A stretch of 64,000 nucleotides of DNA from Fermentimonas sp. (GTDB lineage Bacteria; Bacteroidota; Bacteroidia; Bacteroidales; Dysgonomonadaceae): contig JAPXNA010000009.1 in the NCBI GenBank assembly GCA_033808735.1, positions 13,054 through 77,053 on the forward strand, written 5' to 3'. Positions 28,975 through 38,070 of the stretch are shown here, one piece after another; positions within the stretch are counted from its first letter, which is position 1, and each line of letters begins with the position of its first letter. Below the pieces are notes generated by a model. That model did not search any database, was not told the origin of the DNA, and saw only the letters and a program-made list of their open reading frames with translations. Both the position numbers and the translations under genes were made by a program.

Positions 28975-31266
28975 TCAAAATTTAACACTTTCTGAACCTT
29001 CCTTTGAAAGTTCAATGATTTCTTGTCCAAACGGTGGCAGGGATAACACAACGGCCCCGCGTTGGAGTTCCTTTCCCGTGAATGCACCAAGGTCCCTGTC
29101 AGTAAACAGCGCTTTTAGCCGATAGCGCTTATCGGGAAGTACCCAGGGGATATGAATGTTTTCGCTTTCGTTACCTTGCTTTCCTCTTAGTACCACAACC
29201 GCTCCATAACCTTGTTCATTCAACTTCCCCCACCAGTGCCATCCTTCATCCGTTGGTTCAGGGACACCACTATACTGAAAATTGGAATAGATGTCGTACG
29301 TTTCCTGTAATCTTTTTACCTCCTCAAAACGGGCCGCGTAACGTTCAACATGTTCAACGGTCAACGCGGTTAAATCACCGGAAAAAGATAACGGCGCACC
29401 CATCAACCAACTGCATATCTGCCTATCCTGTATTTGGGGTGTCAGGCTCCCTTGATAATTGGTTATCGATGCCCCGAAAACCTCGATGCGTTCCAGTGGC
29501 AACCCCCTATGTGCATACCATAATTTACGAGCCCTGTAGCAGCCTTCTATCAGCTTTTGACTTAAACTATCCCTGTCCATATTCCACGAGTCGCTCACCA
29601 ACTGGCTTCTATTGCCTGCCCCCCAATACTCATTGGGTGCCGAGTGATACGAGTCAGCATGTTTCAAAACAGCAATATCCCCTGTTGGGCCGGGTGTATC
29701 CCAATATATTTCATGGGAAAGTTGTAAGAACGCTTCGGGTACCGCTTGATGGATCCTGTCTTGTGTGGCGAACAGTCCACGCAATCCCCTTAAATAGGAC
29801 TCTTTCAGCGTGCGACTCTCATGCCCCCTTGCTATATCTCCATAGCAAATATTGCTCAAATCCTGCTTGAAGTAGGTGGCACCGTAAGTCTTACTCAAAT
29901 AGATGATATCATCGGCATATTTATCCCTTCCTTTCTCGTAACAAAAACTAACTCCTAACCCTCCCGCTCGTTGTACCCTCGGCACGCTGAACAACGGAAT
30001 GGTCTCAGATTCCGCGGCATCCTGATTCATAAAGACGGAATACCATAGTCCCGGTCTCATATCCCTGGAGCGGATGTATGTATTCAAGCCTTTCAGGTCT
30101 GGGAATTTCTCAGGATCGGGGGTGGTAGTGGATACGCCCCACTGGTTCGGGTGACCTGTTTTTGACCAGCCTGCATCCATTTGGAAGCAGGCAAACCCGA
30201 TGCGGGAGGCGATATCCGCGGCCTCCCTCATGTTGCTGTCATTAATGTTAGCGCTGTAATTTGTCCAGGTACAGAACAGGGGGGCTACCGATTTTTCAGC
30301 ATCGGCGGGGAGCAGTATTTTTTCTTTCATAAAGTTTCGAAAATCCTTTTCCACGCACCGATCCAACACGGATGAAAGCATCCCGTTTTCACGAAAGCTA
30401 TCCCCTGAAAACGCGTACAGAAAAACTGCCTCGGATTCAAATGTTTCGTCTGGCCCCACAACCCACTCGAAATAATCGGGATGGTATCCAGCGACTCCCT
30501 GGTCATTCAACAAACGCACCCTTGAAGGAACCTCGCTCCCAATAATCACACCCCTGGCATAATCAGCATCGCTCAAAGCTATAATACTCGGATCGATACC
30601 CCTTTCTGCCGGGGTTAAATGGGTGGTTTTAAATGGACCTTCATACCCTATTTCAGAAACATTCAGGTCTGTTATTTTGATCCACTCTTTGCTTAGGTTT
30701 TTAAAATTCATCCTGCGACGAATCACGGGATGACCATCGTAAATCTCGTGGATTACTTCAACCACCACCCCCTTGCATCTCGTTTCGGTCAACTCGTATG
30801 ACAAAACAAGCCGTGTGGATCCCTCCACACTATTGCTTATATCATGAGACTTCAACCGAAACAACGGATCCTTGGAACAAATCATTGAAGAGTCTGTCCA
30901 TTGAACCGATTGCAAAGATGAGATATCCAAAACATCCGTTTGATTATTCACCATTGCAGCCGGTTCGACAGCCTCCACTGCTTCCTCTATCCCTTGCGGC
31001 TCCTCATTAGGGTACGCTTTCCACAAGACGAAAGAAAAATCATTGGTGCCGGTAATGAACATATCGCCACGTACCTGGACAAACGCGCTGGCCGACAATG
31101 TATCCAAAAAAATCTCACTGCCCAATACTCCCGCTTGGATCACGATGTTCCTACCGTCTAGCATCATGCTCCACTCCTGATCCGTTCTGCTGCATGCAAC
31201 AGTTGTTAATATCAAGATGAAAGAAAAGAGTTTATATCTCATAATTGAACGGTCTAGGTAGATCAT
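28975..31266 (-). CDS. Clan GH-D (GH36-like) alpha-galactosidase-family lipoprotein
   Basis: 763 aa. The lipoprotein start is probably MRYKLFSFILILTTVACS at 31242. The catalytic-domain pattern GFACFQMDAGW ... KFPDLKGL ... RPGLWYSVF ... YFKQDLSNI parallels the DDGW / KFP.G / G.W / KxD motifs of GH27/36. Confidence 0.65.
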   Translation of the reverse strand: MIYLDRSIMRYKLFSFILILTTVACSRTDQEWSMMLDGRNIVIQAGVLGSEIFLDTLSASAFVQVRGDMFITGTNDFSFVLWKAYPNEEPQGIEEAVEAVEPAAMVNNQTDVLDISSLQSVQWTDSSMICSKDPLFRLKSHDISNSVEGSTRLVLSYELTETRCKGVVVEVIHEIYDGHPVIRRRMNFKNLSKEWIKITDLNVSEIGYEGPFKTTHLTPAERGIDPSIIALSDADYARGVIIGSEVPSRVRLLNDQGVAGYHPDYFEWVVGPDETFESEAVFLYAFSGDSFRENGMLSSVLDRCVEKDFRNFMKEKILLPADAEKSVAPLFCTWTNYSANINDSNMREAADIASRIGFACFQMDAGWSKTGHPNQWGVSTTTPDPEKFPDLKGLNTYIRSRDMRPGLWYSVFMNQDAAESETIPLFSVPRVQRAGGLGVSFCYEKGRDKYADDIIYLSKTYGATYFKQDLSNICYGDIARGHESRTLKESYLRGLRGLFATQDRIHQAVPEAFLQLSHEIYWDTPGPTGDIAVLKHADSYHSAPNEYWGAGNRSQLVSDSWNMDRDSLSQKLIEGCYRARKLWYAHRGLPLERIEVFGASITNYQGSLTPQIQDRQICSWLMGAPLSFSGDLTALTVEHVERYAARFEEVKRLQETYDIYSNFQYSGVPEPTDEGWHWWGKLNEQGYGAVVVLRGKQGNESENIHIPWVLPDKRYRLKALFTDRDLGAFTGKELQRGAVVLSLPPFGQEIIELSKEGSESVKF

Positions 31267-31334
31267 TTAACGCGTAGAATCAAAGGCATCGCCAAATTCA
31301 AATGAAAAGTTCATCCACTACCTGTTACCCATTA

Positions 31335-32660
31335 TTATGGATTCACGATGGGTAATGGTTTCCTTTCTTGCCATTTGGAACGCGTGAAATCCGGGAAATC
31401 AACGGGTCTGCTTTTGTTCAACGCCGACTCTTCCGTAAGCTTCGTGATAATACTCCAGGTTGCCGCGTCATAGACATCAATGGGGACTGGAGTCCGGTGA
31501 CGTATAGCTTCCACGAAATCCCTCATACAAAAATAATCGCTACCCCCGTGACCGGTTTTAATCGCGATATCCCCGTATTTTTTCCACAACGGGTGATCGT
31601 ATTTTTCCCTGTACCTGTCAAGCTCCTCCCATTGCTCGCGAACTGGGCTTACATCCTCAAGGTAAATTTTATCCAGCGTTCCGGAAAAGATACCCTTTGT
31701 ACCTTGAATACGGTAAATCATATCAGCAGGGCGTGGGCTCAAGGAGTCGTAATAGAGCGTAACCGTGATACCATTGGCTGTCTGAATCAGCGTGCAGTTA
31801 ACATCCCCCGCTTTATATTGCCGTTTCGCGTTCGGGTGATCTGCTCCATAATTCTTGGCGATATAATGATTCAACCCCAGTGATCGGCTACTCATGGACA
31901 CGAGGTATTCAAACTTATTTCCCCTATTGATATCGATCCATTGGGCAACGGGGCCAATGGCGTGGGTTGGGTAACGGTTTCCGGTATGATTTAAATAACG
32001 CTCATGGACTCTCCAAAGCAGCTCTCCATTTTCCCCGACGCTAGCGTAACGCACATCGTGCTGGTACCCGGTTTCACAGTGAGTCAACTCCCCAAACAGT
32101 CCATGTCGTACCATATTGAGGACCATCATCATGTTTCGAATGTAGGCGTAGTTTTCCAACAACATGCAATGCATGCCTGTTTGCTCCGCGGTTTCAACCA
32201 ACTCCCATGCCTCATCGTACCCGTCACACGCCGGCATTTCCGTTCCCCCATATTTCCCACCTTTCATAGCGGCTACCATTACCGGAGTATGCAAGCTCCA
32301 CGGAGTCGCGGTAAAAATACCGTCAACGTTAGGCAAATCGGCTATCTTTTTATAATCCTCGGCACCCGTATATCCCTTGGGTTTGGCCTGACCAGCATCC
32401 ATGACCAACTTTTGGGCTCTTTCCACTCTCTCGGGCACAGTATCAGAGACGGCGATAATCTCAACCCCCTCAAGCATAAGTGCCGCCTGAAGCATTGCTA
32501 TACCCCTACTTCCTACTCCCACGAAGCCCAACCTCACGGGGCGTTCGGAATTGCCTATTGCAAACATATTCGAGTATTTTGCCGAAGCCAAATAGATACC
32601 CGCGCCGGCAGTAGCTTTAATAAAGCCGCGACGATTTAAACTAACACTTGTTGTTTTCAT
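31335..32660 (-). CDS. Twin-arginine exported Gfo/Idh/MocA NAD-dependent oxidoreductase, GH109-like
   Basis: 441 aa. TAT signal NRRGFIKATAGAG and Rossmann motif RLGFVGVGSRG. Size, signal and PUL context are typical of GH109-annotated proteins. Glycosidase activity is not provable from sequence. Confidence 0.7.
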   Translation of the reverse strand: MKTTSVSLNRRGFIKATAGAGIYLASAKYSNMFAIGNSERPVRLGFVGVGSRGIAMLQAALMLEGVEIIAVSDTVPERVERAQKLVMDAGQAKPKGYTGAEDYKKIADLPNVDGIFTATPWSLHTPVMVAAMKGGKYGGTEMPACDGYDEAWELVETAEQTGMHCMLLENYAYIRNMMMVLNMVRHGLFGELTHCETGYQHDVRYASVGENGELLWRVHERYLNHTGNRYPTHAIGPVAQWIDINRGNKFEYLVSMSSRSLGLNHYIAKNYGADHPNAKRQYKAGDVNCTLIQTANGITVTLYYDSLSPRPADMIYRIQGTKGIFSGTLDKIYLEDVSPVREQWEELDRYREKYDHPLWKKYGDIAIKTGHGGSDYFCMRDFVEAIRHRTPVPIDVYDAATWSIITKLTEESALNKSRPVDFPDFTRSKWQERKPLPIVNP

Positions 32661-32709
32661 ATTGTTGTTATTGATGCAGCATCATATATATTAATAAAAC
32701 CGCTTGATC

Positions 32710-33780
32710 TTATCTCCTAACGAAATCATCGGGGTAATTCAGGTCCTGAATAATATCGCCCCCGTAAAGACGAATCCAAGAGCGGAATCCCTCCTCCCCT
32801 TCCGTCAGTTCGATCACACGGGCACCGTTTGGTTTCAAGTCGTTGTAAACGTTGTCACACCCGCTGAATCGCCCGTATATGAAGAACATTTTTTTCCAAT
32901 AGGTCGCGAAATCGCTGTTGTGATCGTGACCTACAAACACAGCTTGCACATCTTTCATCTCTTTCATAGATACGAACATGCCGGAGTTGATTTTCGGGGA
33001 AGCAACATTTTCACCCCTCGTCCCGATTGTCACGACGCCACTTTCCTCATCTTTAAAGGCTTCCTTGTGTTCGGGAAGGGGGATGTGGAAGAATGCCAAG
33101 GAGGGGATAGGTGTTCCCCCGTTCATTTTGGTGAACGCTTCACTTTGCTCCCTATACCAGGCGATCTGGTCGAAATGGATATGCCCGTAGGTCTTTGGAA
33201 TATCCTCGATGGTTGCTCCGCAGTTGGTATCTAAGATGTAAAACACCCGGCTTATTTTATCGCTACCTGGTGACGAGAGTGTCAGCACGCAATTGGTTAC
33301 CCCATAAATGCCTTCGGTTTTCGTGTTTATATTGTAGGGAATGGACATAACGATATCGAGCATCTCTTGGCGTGTTTTGTCGTACTCCTCATCATGATTC
33401 CCAAAAGCGACTGCAAAAGGAATCTTTCTGCTTGAAATGGGTTCCAATATCTCCCTAACGGAGGCTTCAGCCGGTTCTCCAAAAACGATGTCGCCTGTAT
33501 GAATCACCAGGTCCGGTTTTTCCAGCTCCAGCATCTGGATCACGTTTTTCAAGGCCCGCTCCGATTTAGGATTTCCGGCAATGTAGTGCGTGTCGGTCAA
33601 CTGCAAAATTTTAAACTTGCCATCGCTATTATAAAACAACTTGGTTTTATCAGAAGCGTTTACTCTCGCTGACGCCTCTGAAGAGCCAACTCCCGCGAAC
33701 GAGTTTATGGCTATCATACCCACCATACCGGCAAGGGCAGATTTTTTAATAAACGTTCTCCTTTTTATCTTTTTTCCCAT
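32710..33780 (-). CDS. Twin-arginine exported calcineurin-like metallophosphoesterase (paralog of 16609..17727)
   Basis: 356 aa. TAT signal KRRTFIKKSALAG. Motifs LTDTH, TGDIV, GNHD, GHDHNSD. Roughly half identical to the other copy by eye. Confidence 0.85.
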   Translation of the reverse strand: MGKKIKRRTFIKKSALAGMVGMIAINSFAGVGSSEASARVNASDKTKLFYNSDGKFKILQLTDTHYIAGNPKSERALKNVIQMLELEKPDLVIHTGDIVFGEPAEASVREILEPISSRKIPFAVAFGNHDEEYDKTRQEMLDIVMSIPYNINTKTEGIYGVTNCVLTLSSPGSDKISRVFYILDTNCGATIEDIPKTYGHIHFDQIAWYREQSEAFTKMNGGTPIPSLAFFHIPLPEHKEAFKDEESGVVTIGTRGENVASPKINSGMFVSMKEMKDVQAVFVGHDHNSDFATYWKKMFFIYGRFSGCDNVYNDLKPNGARVIELTEGEEGFRSWIRLYGGDIIQDLNYPDDFVRR

Positions 33781-33832
33781 AGAAAATATTATTTAATCGT
33801 TTGTTTATACCGTTTTCTTTTCTCCACTTATT

Positions 33833-36112
33833 TCACCAACCCAGGGTTACGTTCACCCCCTCCGGGTTATTCTCAAAACCAAGCAGGCAGGTCTGGCTTT
33901 GTGAATCCCAGCTCCACGTGGCTTCCTCCATTTTCTCCCCGGCAGCATCGGTAATCAAGACCGTTGTTGGCTCGGCCGGTAAAAGTACGCGCATGGCGTT
34001 TGTCGTGTTTAGCGGGCTTTTGGCGGTAAACGAGTAGCTTTTCCTTGTTCGTTTTTCGTTCTCCGCACGTGAAGCCGCCGCCAGCACCTGAGGGGTTTTC
34101 TTGTTTTCTACCCGATTAAGGTCTAACAGGTAGGCTTGCTCCCCTGGTGTGACTGTTTTCTGGGTTAATACAGGCAACTGGGGATCGAAGAGGTCAATGA
34201 ACAGCCCTTGAGCATGAAAGGGATCATCATTTACGCTCTCATCCATTACCGCGATCAGGGTAAAAGGTCCTCTTTCAAGGTAAAAGTTGTTTTTAAACGT
34301 CAACTCCCCGGCGTTGGCCTTTTCTTCATACATTTTCTTAACGATGTTCACGTAATCACTATCCCCGTTCTCTTTCAACACAAATTCCTTGGGATCTTTC
34401 CGTATCACCTGTACCGTTCCTTTTCCGCAAGCGTATTCGCCCTCTTCAGGGTGTATCCCTATCCCAAGCAACTGAAAAAGGTGATCGGCGGGTCTCTCGA
34501 ATTGATTTTCTCCCTGGTTCCACCATTCATGAACATTCTGAAATGGGTCGGTATCCCTTGAACTGTAGACGAGTACTCCGCCCTCCTTCACCCAATTGGC
34601 AATATAAGTATGGGACTCTTCAGATAAAGGTTTAAGGTTTGAATATGACATGAGCAATACCCGGGTATCCTCCCACGTTTCCGGGTACGATACATTTTCA
34701 ATATGCAGGGTTTTCACGGGAACACCCCGCTTCAAGAAGGGCAGCGCCTCCCCGTAAAAATTGGAAAGCTGGGGATCATCGTACCCCTCTATCGGATCAA
34801 TGGTGCGCTGAAACATCAGAGAATTGGCCATTAACACGGAAATACCGTGTGAACCGGAGGGGTGGTTGTCGGAAAGCGGCATCTGGTTCAACGAGTTGAT
34901 CATCACCTGCATCTGTGTCGAGAAGGTACGGGGGATGAGCTCTTTCACGTTTTTATCGGCGTTATCCGGGTCTATCAATTCCATATTGCGCGACCCGAGG
35001 ATACCTTGCCCTCGTTTAAAGTGCGGGGTGGTGTAATAACGTCTTCCGTAAATCCGGTCTGGCCATGGCATCACTTCATAGTTATCAATCTTGGGAAACA
35101 GGAGTTGCGCCGTGAATGTAGCCTCGTAATTCTGCTTGTAGTAAGGCCAATCAAACTCCCTGTCCTCGATGGGATCGGTGAGAAAGAACATTTTCCGGCC
35201 GGTTGGTGCCGTCATAGCCTCCATGCAGCCGTATTCCAGGTACGCCGTTTCAAACACCCGTTCCCTTAACTCCCCGTTGAAGTAGTTGGGTTCAGAGGAG
35301 GTGCCTGTCCATACTTGGGCGATATACCCATCGACACTGGACAGGGATGCCAAGCTTGCCTCCGGGCTAACGATCATCCATTGCGCGTAGTTAACCAGCG
35401 AGTGCGTAGGCACGTAACACCGAACATCCATCCCCCTGCTTTTCCCATACTCTTTAGCGAAAGTAAAACACTCATCCAAAGCGCGATAATACATGTGATA
35501 CTTGAGCTTATTGGAGAGGTAGGTGTTTTCGGCAGAAGTATGCTGAGGTCGCCACCCGAAGCCGTAATAATCCTCCCACGCCTTTTTGAAAGCCTCGCTA
35601 TAGCCCGCGGCGGCCCAGAACTCCGGCTCTTCCAGGTGGATGGCATCTATCCCCGCGTCAATAACCCGTTTAATGTGAACCTCTTTCAGGTACTTTAAAA
35701 AATTATCGGTCGGAACGATATAAGGGGTCGACCCCGGGGCCCCATGCCAGAGAATATCTCCTTGACGGTTTACCTGCCCCTCATCCCAATGTGTTTCCCC
35801 GTCCCATTCCCCGTGGAAATAGGGGCGATAATTGCCTCCCCAGGCGATACCAGTCATGAAGTGCGTGGTATAGCCTCGATCCCGCCAACTTTGCACACGC
35901 TGCTCAAAGGTCATCTCTTCACTATCACTAACGCCATACACGATGGTCACGTCTGCCCGTATATCGATCGTTGGTCTCCAGGGACCACTCGTCTGAAAAG
36001 CCGTTTTCTCTCTCGGCTGTATAGCCGTTTCATTCTGTTGATGGCGAGAGCAACCCGTGATACCGAGGAGTAGCAACGCGCAAATTATCGTTAGCCCTAT
36101 TTTGTTCTTCAT
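33833..36112 (-). CDS. Hypothetical lipoprotein (~760 aa), candidate uncharacterised glycan-active enzyme
   Basis: The track ORF extends to 36151. Lipobox MKNKIGLTIICALLLLGITGCS from the ATG at 36112. Internal AGIDAIHLEEPEFW suggests a TIM-barrel-like hydrolase core. I recognise no family. Confidence 0.6.
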   Translation of the reverse strand: MKNKIGLTIICALLLLGITGCSRHQQNETAIQPREKTAFQTSGPWRPTIDIRADVTIVYGVSDSEEMTFEQRVQSWRDRGYTTHFMTGIAWGGNYRPYFHGEWDGETHWDEGQVNRQGDILWHGAPGSTPYIVPTDNFLKYLKEVHIKRVIDAGIDAIHLEEPEFWAAAGYSEAFKKAWEDYYGFGWRPQHTSAENTYLSNKLKYHMYYRALDECFTFAKEYGKSRGMDVRCYVPTHSLVNYAQWMIVSPEASLASLSSVDGYIAQVWTGTSSEPNYFNGELRERVFETAYLEYGCMEAMTAPTGRKMFFLTDPIEDREFDWPYYKQNYEATFTAQLLFPKIDNYEVMPWPDRIYGRRYYTTPHFKRGQGILGSRNMELIDPDNADKNVKELIPRTFSTQMQVMINSLNQMPLSDNHPSGSHGISVLMANSLMFQRTIDPIEGYDDPQLSNFYGEALPFLKRGVPVKTLHIENVSYPETWEDTRVLLMSYSNLKPLSEESHTYIANWVKEGGVLVYSSRDTDPFQNVHEWWNQGENQFERPADHLFQLLGIGIHPEEGEYACGKGTVQVIRKDPKEFVLKENGDSDYVNIVKKMYEEKANAGELTFKNNFYLERGPFTLIAVMDESVNDDPFHAQGLFIDLFDPQLPVLTQKTVTPGEQAYLLDLNRVENKKTPQVLAAASRAENEKRTRKSYSFTAKSPLNTTNAMRVLLPAEPTTVLITDAAGEKMEEATWSWDSQSQTCLLGFENNPEGVNVTLGW

Positions 36113-36140
36113 ATTGTTTTCGCAATGCGTTTTAACTAAT

Positions 36141-37820
36141 TTATTTTCCATGTATCACAACGTCAACCTCCTTACCATCAGGTGATATGGTCATGACTAC
36201 CTTTCTGTTCCCCTTGAAGCGGAATACAATTTCATTATCATTCCCGATCCATGGTGTTACCATCTCTTTCACCGCGTCACCAGCCATATCGTCGGTGATA
36301 ATCCATTTACCTTTTCCACTATTGAAGGCCTGGGTACCCCCCTCGTATTGGTCAACCAACTCCCGGGGTGCGAAACGGCTGGAGGTGACAACGACAAGTC
36401 CGTTCTCACGAACGAGAAGCCCAACATCTTCCAAGGTCCCCTCACTCATAAACAATCCACACAGGAAGGCAAGCTTCACCGTACCCAGATGCTCCTTCCT
36501 CACGGAATCATCATAGACTACCACCGAGTTAGCCGGGGCAAAACAGCGGTAAGGCATCCCTTCGTACACATTGCCCGCGTTCCAGGAAAGGCTCTCCTTT
36601 TTCACCATCCCATGCGTGATGGTATGCCAAGCCTTAATCCACTCTTCCGACTCGGGGCTCGTGCGAAGGTCGTAAGCACCGAAAAGCCAATCTTTCCAGT
36701 ACAGGTTCACTTTTTCATCGCCATCATCAACCGTGCAATAGGTCTCAGGACCCTGCCCCCATTGCGTATCATCAAAACGAATAATCGCGATCTCCGGTTC
36801 CAGGTCCCTAAACGTGTAGGGACGCGGATGGTTAGGCACGTACTCTTTAGCAAAACGGCTCAACGCCTTGCCCCTTTCTTGCAAGGTCAATCGACCATGG
36901 TCATCAATGTCATACGTATGTTTTCCAACGCTCTCCACGTAAGCCTTATCTACCCCGGCCCAGTAAGCGAACAGAAGGTTCGACCACAACGATTCTGCAG
37001 AGTGTCCCGGGTAGTTATTGTAATGCCAGAAGTCGATACACGACCATAACTCTTGATCATACTGCAAAGAGGCTCCCATGGCACAAGAGGCCCAAACATT
37101 CGACCAATTCTCCTTCATTTGCTTGTATACGGGTGTAATCCCCGCTCGGGCGAAATTATGGAAAAGCACGGGCCATACATGCTCACCCAATACCTGTTGA
37201 TAACCTTCACTGCTGCATTCATCGACCAATGATTTCGCACCCTGGTAAACCGCGTTGTCGGCCGATTTAAAATCCATGCCGGTTGTTTCTGCCAGGCTCA
37301 CCAACTCAACCCCCGGGTGCCTGAGGGTGATGGATAAGTTGCGGGTAATTTGTGAATGTTCCAGTTCATCGTACTGTATCCCCCAAACGGCATCCGATTG
37401 GGCCAAGCTTTTCAGCACCAAAGGAGGGAATTTAAACAGGTGCATGCTGTCGGGTTGGCTCACCCACTCGTACCCATCCTCGCCCTTCATCTCCAACCTC
37501 CAGTTCCCACATTCCACGTTAACCACGACCTTCAGCCCGGCAGCGGCAAAATCGGCGCCCAGCTTCTCCATCTTCTTGGCTTCATCCTCAACCGTCCCTG
37601 TCGGTCCACCGTAATGGTAAACCACAAATTCAACGCCCAAAGAGTCCATCGCCACAGGATTAAAGAACTCACCGGGATTGGTTTTATCGCCGGAGTTGTC
37701 AATCCCAATGTAGAAATTCTTGTCGTTGGACACTCCCTCTCTATCGTGGCAGCCCGTTAAAATAGAGAGCAACAAAATAGCAAAGGGAAATATCCTCTTG
37801 TAGTTAACACTGATTTTCAT
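36141..37820 (-). CDS. Hypothetical lipoprotein (~560 aa), candidate uncharacterised glycan-active enzyme
   Basis: The track ORF extends to 37841. The ATG at 37820 is preceded by the leader-repeat core (catacgatta) and gives MKISVNYKRIFPFAILLLSILTGCHD. I recognise no family. Confidence 0.6.
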   Translation of the reverse strand: MKISVNYKRIFPFAILLLSILTGCHDREGVSNDKNFYIGIDNSGDKTNPGEFFNPVAMDSLGVEFVVYHYGGPTGTVEDEAKKMEKLGADFAAAGLKVVVNVECGNWRLEMKGEDGYEWVSQPDSMHLFKFPPLVLKSLAQSDAVWGIQYDELEHSQITRNLSITLRHPGVELVSLAETTGMDFKSADNAVYQGAKSLVDECSSEGYQQVLGEHVWPVLFHNFARAGITPVYKQMKENWSNVWASCAMGASLQYDQELWSCIDFWHYNNYPGHSAESLWSNLLFAYWAGVDKAYVESVGKHTYDIDDHGRLTLQERGKALSRFAKEYVPNHPRPYTFRDLEPEIAIIRFDDTQWGQGPETYCTVDDGDEKVNLYWKDWLFGAYDLRTSPESEEWIKAWHTITHGMVKKESLSWNAGNVYEGMPYRCFAPANSVVVYDDSVRKEHLGTVKLAFLCGLFMSEGTLEDVGLLVRENGLVVVTSSRFAPRELVDQYEGGTQAFNSGKGKWIITDDMAGDAVKEMVTPWIGNDNEIVFRFKGNRKVVMTISPDGKEVDVVIHGK

Positions 37821-37921
37821 ACGATTAAACATTATACACACTCAGTCATTTTTTTTACTCCAAAGAGTTTTCTCAAGGTACTAACGTTACCCTGATACCC
37901 GGCGTAATCTCTTGTAATAAG

Positions 37922-37962
37922 GAAAATACTTTCCCGTCCGGTTCAGACGGGAAAGTATTTTC
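37922..37962 (-). terminator. Strong hairpin (perfect 17-bp stem, 7-nt loop), probable terminator between SusC/D module ii and the downstream hypothetical genes
   Basis: gaaaatactttcccgtc-cggttca-gacgggaaagtattttc. On the gene strand it is followed by ttattac. The right arm is part of the GDPD remnant. Confidence 0.6.
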
Positions 37963-38062
37963 AGGAGCATGAATGGATGAGCCCCTGTGTGAAACTAAAC
38001 TCCACTTGGGCTTTAGCTGAAAAGCTAAAGGCAATAAGTGCAGCTGAGATGTTTTTTCTCAC
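37946..38062 (-). pseudogene. Truncated, frameshifted remnant of a GDPD gene (signal peptide plus HRGSS.HAPENT region only)
   Basis: The minus strand reads GTG-RKNISAALIAFSFSAKAQVEFS.... After removing one extra T it continues SHRGSSIHAPENTFP, parallel to MKKVLLAMFVIGLSQGVCAQVEFSSHRGSSLHAPENT of the intact GDPD at 20857..21624. Nucleotide similarity is visible (cccctgtgtgaa(a)ctaaactccac). It ends in the hairpin at 37922-37962. Confidence 0.7.
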
Positions 38063-38070
38063 GATAATCT

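Noticed and set aside
36348-37049. Plus-strand ORFs of 200-233 aa (36348..37049, 7665..8312, 32004..32639, 29253..29870) and about 100 shorter plus-strand ORFs
   Set aside because: Each lies entirely inside a long minus-strand gene that has strong family motifs. Their translations are low-complexity (Arg/Pro/Ser/His-rich) with no signal, motif or start context. They are typical antisense shadow ORFs.
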